NCBI GenBank assembly: GCA_900753305.1
Contig: CAADYR010000031.1
Location: forward strand, 37,829-101,828
Origin: Lachnospiraceae bacterium
Lineage (GTDB): Bacteria; Bacillota; Clostridia; Lachnospirales; Lachnospiraceae
Length of the DNA stretch: 64,000 bases
Reading direction: 5' to 3'
Part shown: one piece after another, positions 61,154 through 64,000 of the stretch
Position numbering within the stretch: the stretch's first letter is position 1
How the letters are laid out: each line of letters opens with the position of its first letter
The notes under the pieces: model-generated
What the model saw: the letters and a program-made list of their open reading frames with translations, nothing else
What the model was told of the DNA's origin: nothing
Database searches by the model: none
Program-made: the position numbers and the translations under genes

Positions 61154-61693
61154 ATGAAAAACATTTTGAAGGAAATTTTAAGTACCAGTATTTATCTGCT
61201 GGTTGTTCTATGTGCTGCATATTTGATCATTACTTATGTTGGACAGCGAACGCAGGTCAGCGGAAGCAGTATGGAAACAACTCTAAGTGATGGAGACAAT
61301 TTACTTGTAGATAAGATAACGTATCGTTTTTCAGATCCGAAACGGTTTGATATTATTGTATTTCCTTTTCAATATGATGCGGATACCTATTATATTAAAA
61401 GAATTATTGGCATGCCTGGAGAAACGGTTCAAATTGATTATGATGGTAATATTTATATAGATGGTGAAATTCTGGAAGAGTCTTATGGCAGAGAGGTGAT
61501 TCAGAATCCTGGGCGGGCAGCCGAGCCGATCACCCTGGGTGAAGATGAATATTTTGTTATGGGTGATAACCGTAATAACAGTTCTGACAGCCGCGATCCG
61601 TCTGTTGGCAATATTCATAGAAAGGATATTATAGGCAGGGCATGGGTCAGAATATGGCCGTTCTCCAAATTTGGAGTGCTGAAACATCAATAA
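61154..61693 (+). CDS. lepB: Signal peptidase I (second paralog)
   Basis: TM segment plus GSSMETTL, YIKRII, GDNRNNSSDSR. Confidence 0.94.
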   Translation: MKNILKEILSTSIYLLVVLCAAYLIITYVGQRTQVSGSSMETTLSDGDNLLVDKITYRFSDPKRFDIIVFPFQYDADTYYIKRIIGMPGETVQIDYDGNIYIDGEILEESYGREVIQNPGRAAEPITLGEDEYFVMGDNRNNSSDSRDPSVGNIHRKDIIGRAWVRIWPFSKFGVLKHQ

Positions 61694-61724
61694 TTTGAAT
61701 AGCACACAGGAAATGAGGATTCGT

Positions 61725-62486
61725 ATGAAGAAAATAGGTGAAATAAAAGAAGAATTGCAGGCAGCGCAGGACGATATGCTGCCTGTTTTTATTAAAGAAT
61801 ATGAAGAAGATGAAAGAAACGGGGTAAAGACACTCGTTGCAAAAGCCAGAAAAAGAATAGATGCACTGGAACATGAGATTGCACGTACCGAACAAATGAA
61901 AAGATATGAAAAGGAATATGCATCTTATGGATATATTTGTGGTATTGATGAGGTTGGCAGGGGACCGTTAGCAGGTCCTGTAGTCGCAGGTGCAGTTATT
62001 TTACCTAAGGACTGTAAGATTCTGTATCTGAATGACTCAAAACAGCTTACAGCGAAGAAACGTGATGAACTGTATGACATTATCATGGAAGAGGCAGTCG
62101 CAGTAGGACTTGGATTTGCTTCCTATGAAAGAATTGACGAAATCAATATTCTGCAGGCTACCTATGAAGCGATGAGAGAGGCTATTAGTAAATTGGCAGT
62201 TCCACCCGATATATTATTAAACGATGCTGTGACGATACCACAGGTGACAATACCGCAGGTGCCTATTATCAAGGGTGATGCCAAGAGCGTGTCTATCGCG
62301 GCAGCAAGTATTGTAGCAAAAGTTACAAGGGACAGGATGATGGTAAAATATGATGAGCTATATCCGGAATATCATTTTGCAGAGAATAAAGGATATGGTT
62401 CAGCAGCACATATAGAGGCGTTGAAGAAATATGGACCAACACCTATTCACAGGAAATCATTTATACAAAATTTTGTAACTGTTTAG
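61725..62486 (+). CDS. rnhB: Ribonuclease HII
   Basis: GIDEVGRGPLAGPV, NDSKQL, KGDAKS, AASIVAKVTRD, HRKSF. Confidence 0.97.
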   Translation: MKKIGEIKEELQAAQDDMLPVFIKEYEEDERNGVKTLVAKARKRIDALEHEIARTEQMKRYEKEYASYGYICGIDEVGRGPLAGPVVAGAVILPKDCKILYLNDSKQLTAKKRDELYDIIMEEAVAVGLGFASYERIDEINILQATYEAMREAISKLAVPPDILLNDAVTIPQVTIPQVPIIKGDAKSVSIAAASIVAKVTRDRMMVKYDELYPEYHFAENKGYGSAAHIEALKKYGPTPIHRKSFIQNFVTV

Positions 62487-62543
62487 AAACTATGATATAG
62501 ATGAACTTGTGAATAGTGATACATAGACAGGGTGGTGAGCAGA

Positions 62544-64000
62544 TTGGATGGATATACTTCTACAATGATGCAGGGGCAGGGTTATGCATCTGTAGGACAG
62601 AGTTATGTTCAGCATACAGGAGAGACTGCCAGTACCAGAATCACAGGGAATCAGGTATCGACAGAGCTTCTGACGGATTTAAAGGCAGGAGATACCTTTC
62701 AGGGTGAGATTATGTCTGTAAATGGACAGGATGTTCAGCTACAGCTTACAAATGGACAATATATGGCAGCCAAGTTGGAGGCACAGATGCAACTTGCTCT
62801 TGGACAGATTTTGAATTTTGAAGTCCAGTCAAATCAGAATAACCGTATCGTATTAAAACCGTTGTATACGAATCTGTTACAACAGCAAGTCGGGGAAGCA
62901 GCACTAAGGGCAGCTTCACTTCCGGTGAATCAGAAGAGTTTACAGCTTGTATCCATGATGATTGAGAATGGGGTATCTATTGATAAAAATAATCTTCCCA
63001 AATTGTATCGGCAGATTGTTCAGAATCCAGAGGCACCCATTTCGGATATTCTTCATCTTAATAAACTCAATATTCCAATTACAGAAGATAATCTTACCCA
63101 ATATGCACAGTATAAAGGGATGGAACATCAATTACTGGGCGGGATAGAAGATACTTCTAAGGAAATCCTGTCGTTATATGATGAATTAGCGGATGCAGGC
63201 TTTAACGAAAGCACACAGACTGCAGCTGGTCAGGGAACGCCCACAGCCGTTTCATACATGGATGATGTGGTTCGTTTCCTTTTGCAGGATGAATCGGAAG
63301 GAAATGCGCAGGAGCAGATTGTGAATACGGAGCAGGAGGCGAATCCGTCAGTTGATTCTCAGTCAGGTACAACGAATCAGAATACAACAGATACAGTTCT
63401 GAACCAACAGACAAATTCTCCGGTCAGTGAACTGGCAGATGCAGATGTAAAAAAGACAGATGCTTCTACTTCTGGCAATAAAGGACAAGAGATAACAGAT
63501 CTGGAGAACACACCGGAGAATAAGAATACTCTACGGACAGAGCATAAGGGGCAGCCATTTACTTTTAAGACGGAGACAGATTGGAAAGAGCAACTGTCAA
63601 AGTGGCTGGAGGAAACGCCACAATCCAGAGAGAAAATCTATCATTCTGACCGTTTCCGTGAAGTGCTGACCAAAGCGTTGACAGACAAGTGGACTCTTAC
63701 GCCGGAGGATGTTGGTGAGAAGCAGAAAGTGGAACAGTTCTATCATAGATTAAGTGCGGAAAGTGAGCAGCTTTCACAACTGATGCAGGATTCAGCCCAG
63801 AACCGCACAGCCGGCTCCAGTGCCAGAAACATCAATGAAAATATCAGTTTCATGAATGAACTGAATCAGACTTTCCAGTATGTACAGCTTCCACTGAAAA
63901 TGTCAGGCAAAAATGCCAATGGTGAGTTATATGTCTGTACGAACAAGAAAAATCTTGCAAAGAGGAGCGGTACGCTTACAGCACTGTTGCATCTGGATAT
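62544..64000 (+). CDS. Flagellar hook-length-control FliK-like protein, 3'-partial (absent from the ORF track)
   Basis: Frame open from TTG 62544 (or GTG 62535) to the window end; C-terminal FMNELNQTFQYVQLPLKM..GELYV..ALLHLD; follows rnhB as in flagellated Clostridia. Confidence 0.7.
   Translation, partial: MDGYTSTMMQGQGYASVGQSYVQHTGETASTRITGNQVSTELLTDLKAGDTFQGEIMSVNGQDVQLQLTNGQYMAAKLEAQMQLALGQILNFEVQSNQNNRIVLKPLYTNLLQQQVGEAALRAASLPVNQKSLQLVSMMIENGVSIDKNNLPKLYRQIVQNPEAPISDILHLNKLNIPITEDNLTQYAQYKGMEHQLLGGIEDTSKEILSLYDELADAGFNESTQTAAGQGTPTAVSYMDDVVRFLLQDESEGNAQEQIVNTEQEANPSVDSQSGTTNQNTTDTVLNQQTNSPVSELADADVKKTDASTSGNKGQEITDLENTPENKNTLRTEHKGQPFTFKTETDWKEQLSKWLEETPQSREKIYHSDRFREVLTKALTDKWTLTPEDVGEKQKVEQFYHRLSAESEQLSQLMQDSAQNRTAGSSARNINENISFMNELNQTFQYVQLPLKMSGKNANGELYVCTNKKNLAKRSGTLTALLHLD

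Noticed and set aside
59637..61693. Two signal peptidase genes flanking rbgA as a novel system
   Set aside because: Both are ordinary SPase I paralogs, and multiple lepB copies near rplS-rbgA are common in Clostridia.

Overview
Core chromosomal segment of a low-GC, probably motile Bacillota organism; gene order and protein sequences look like Lachnospiraceae (inference). In order it holds: the 3' part of a large GH13 amylase/amylopullulanase; an F-type ATP synthase operon; a formate/nitrite channel, greA, an ABC-F and RluA; a MarR-ABC exporter; a ZTP riboswitch with split purO-like/purH; rarA; AraC/GH43; nudC-ade; tRNA-Leu(CAA); polA-coaE with an FtsA-like gene and yycJ; ACT/UPF0210; a decaying secreted-protein locus; tmcAL; a GH9; and the yceD-rpmF-plsX-acpP-rnc-smc-ftsY-ylxM-ffh-rpsP-khpA-rimM-trmD-rplS-lepB-rbgA-lepB-rnhB cluster, ending in a partial FliK-like gene. 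I saw no CRISPR array, integrase or transposase. Most notable: (1) a full-length ATP synthase delta fused in frame to alpha with no separate atpH; (2) an unassigned ~95-nt pseudoknotted RNA in the tmcAL leader; (3) an FtsA-like ATPase with a tail of ThiS/MoaD-like modules; (4) a GTAACTATTC...GAATAGTTAC inverted-repeat element in two sizes; (5) a structured atp leader; (6) a secreted-protein gene broken by one in-frame amber codon. All calls come from reading motifs by eye; no database searches were run.
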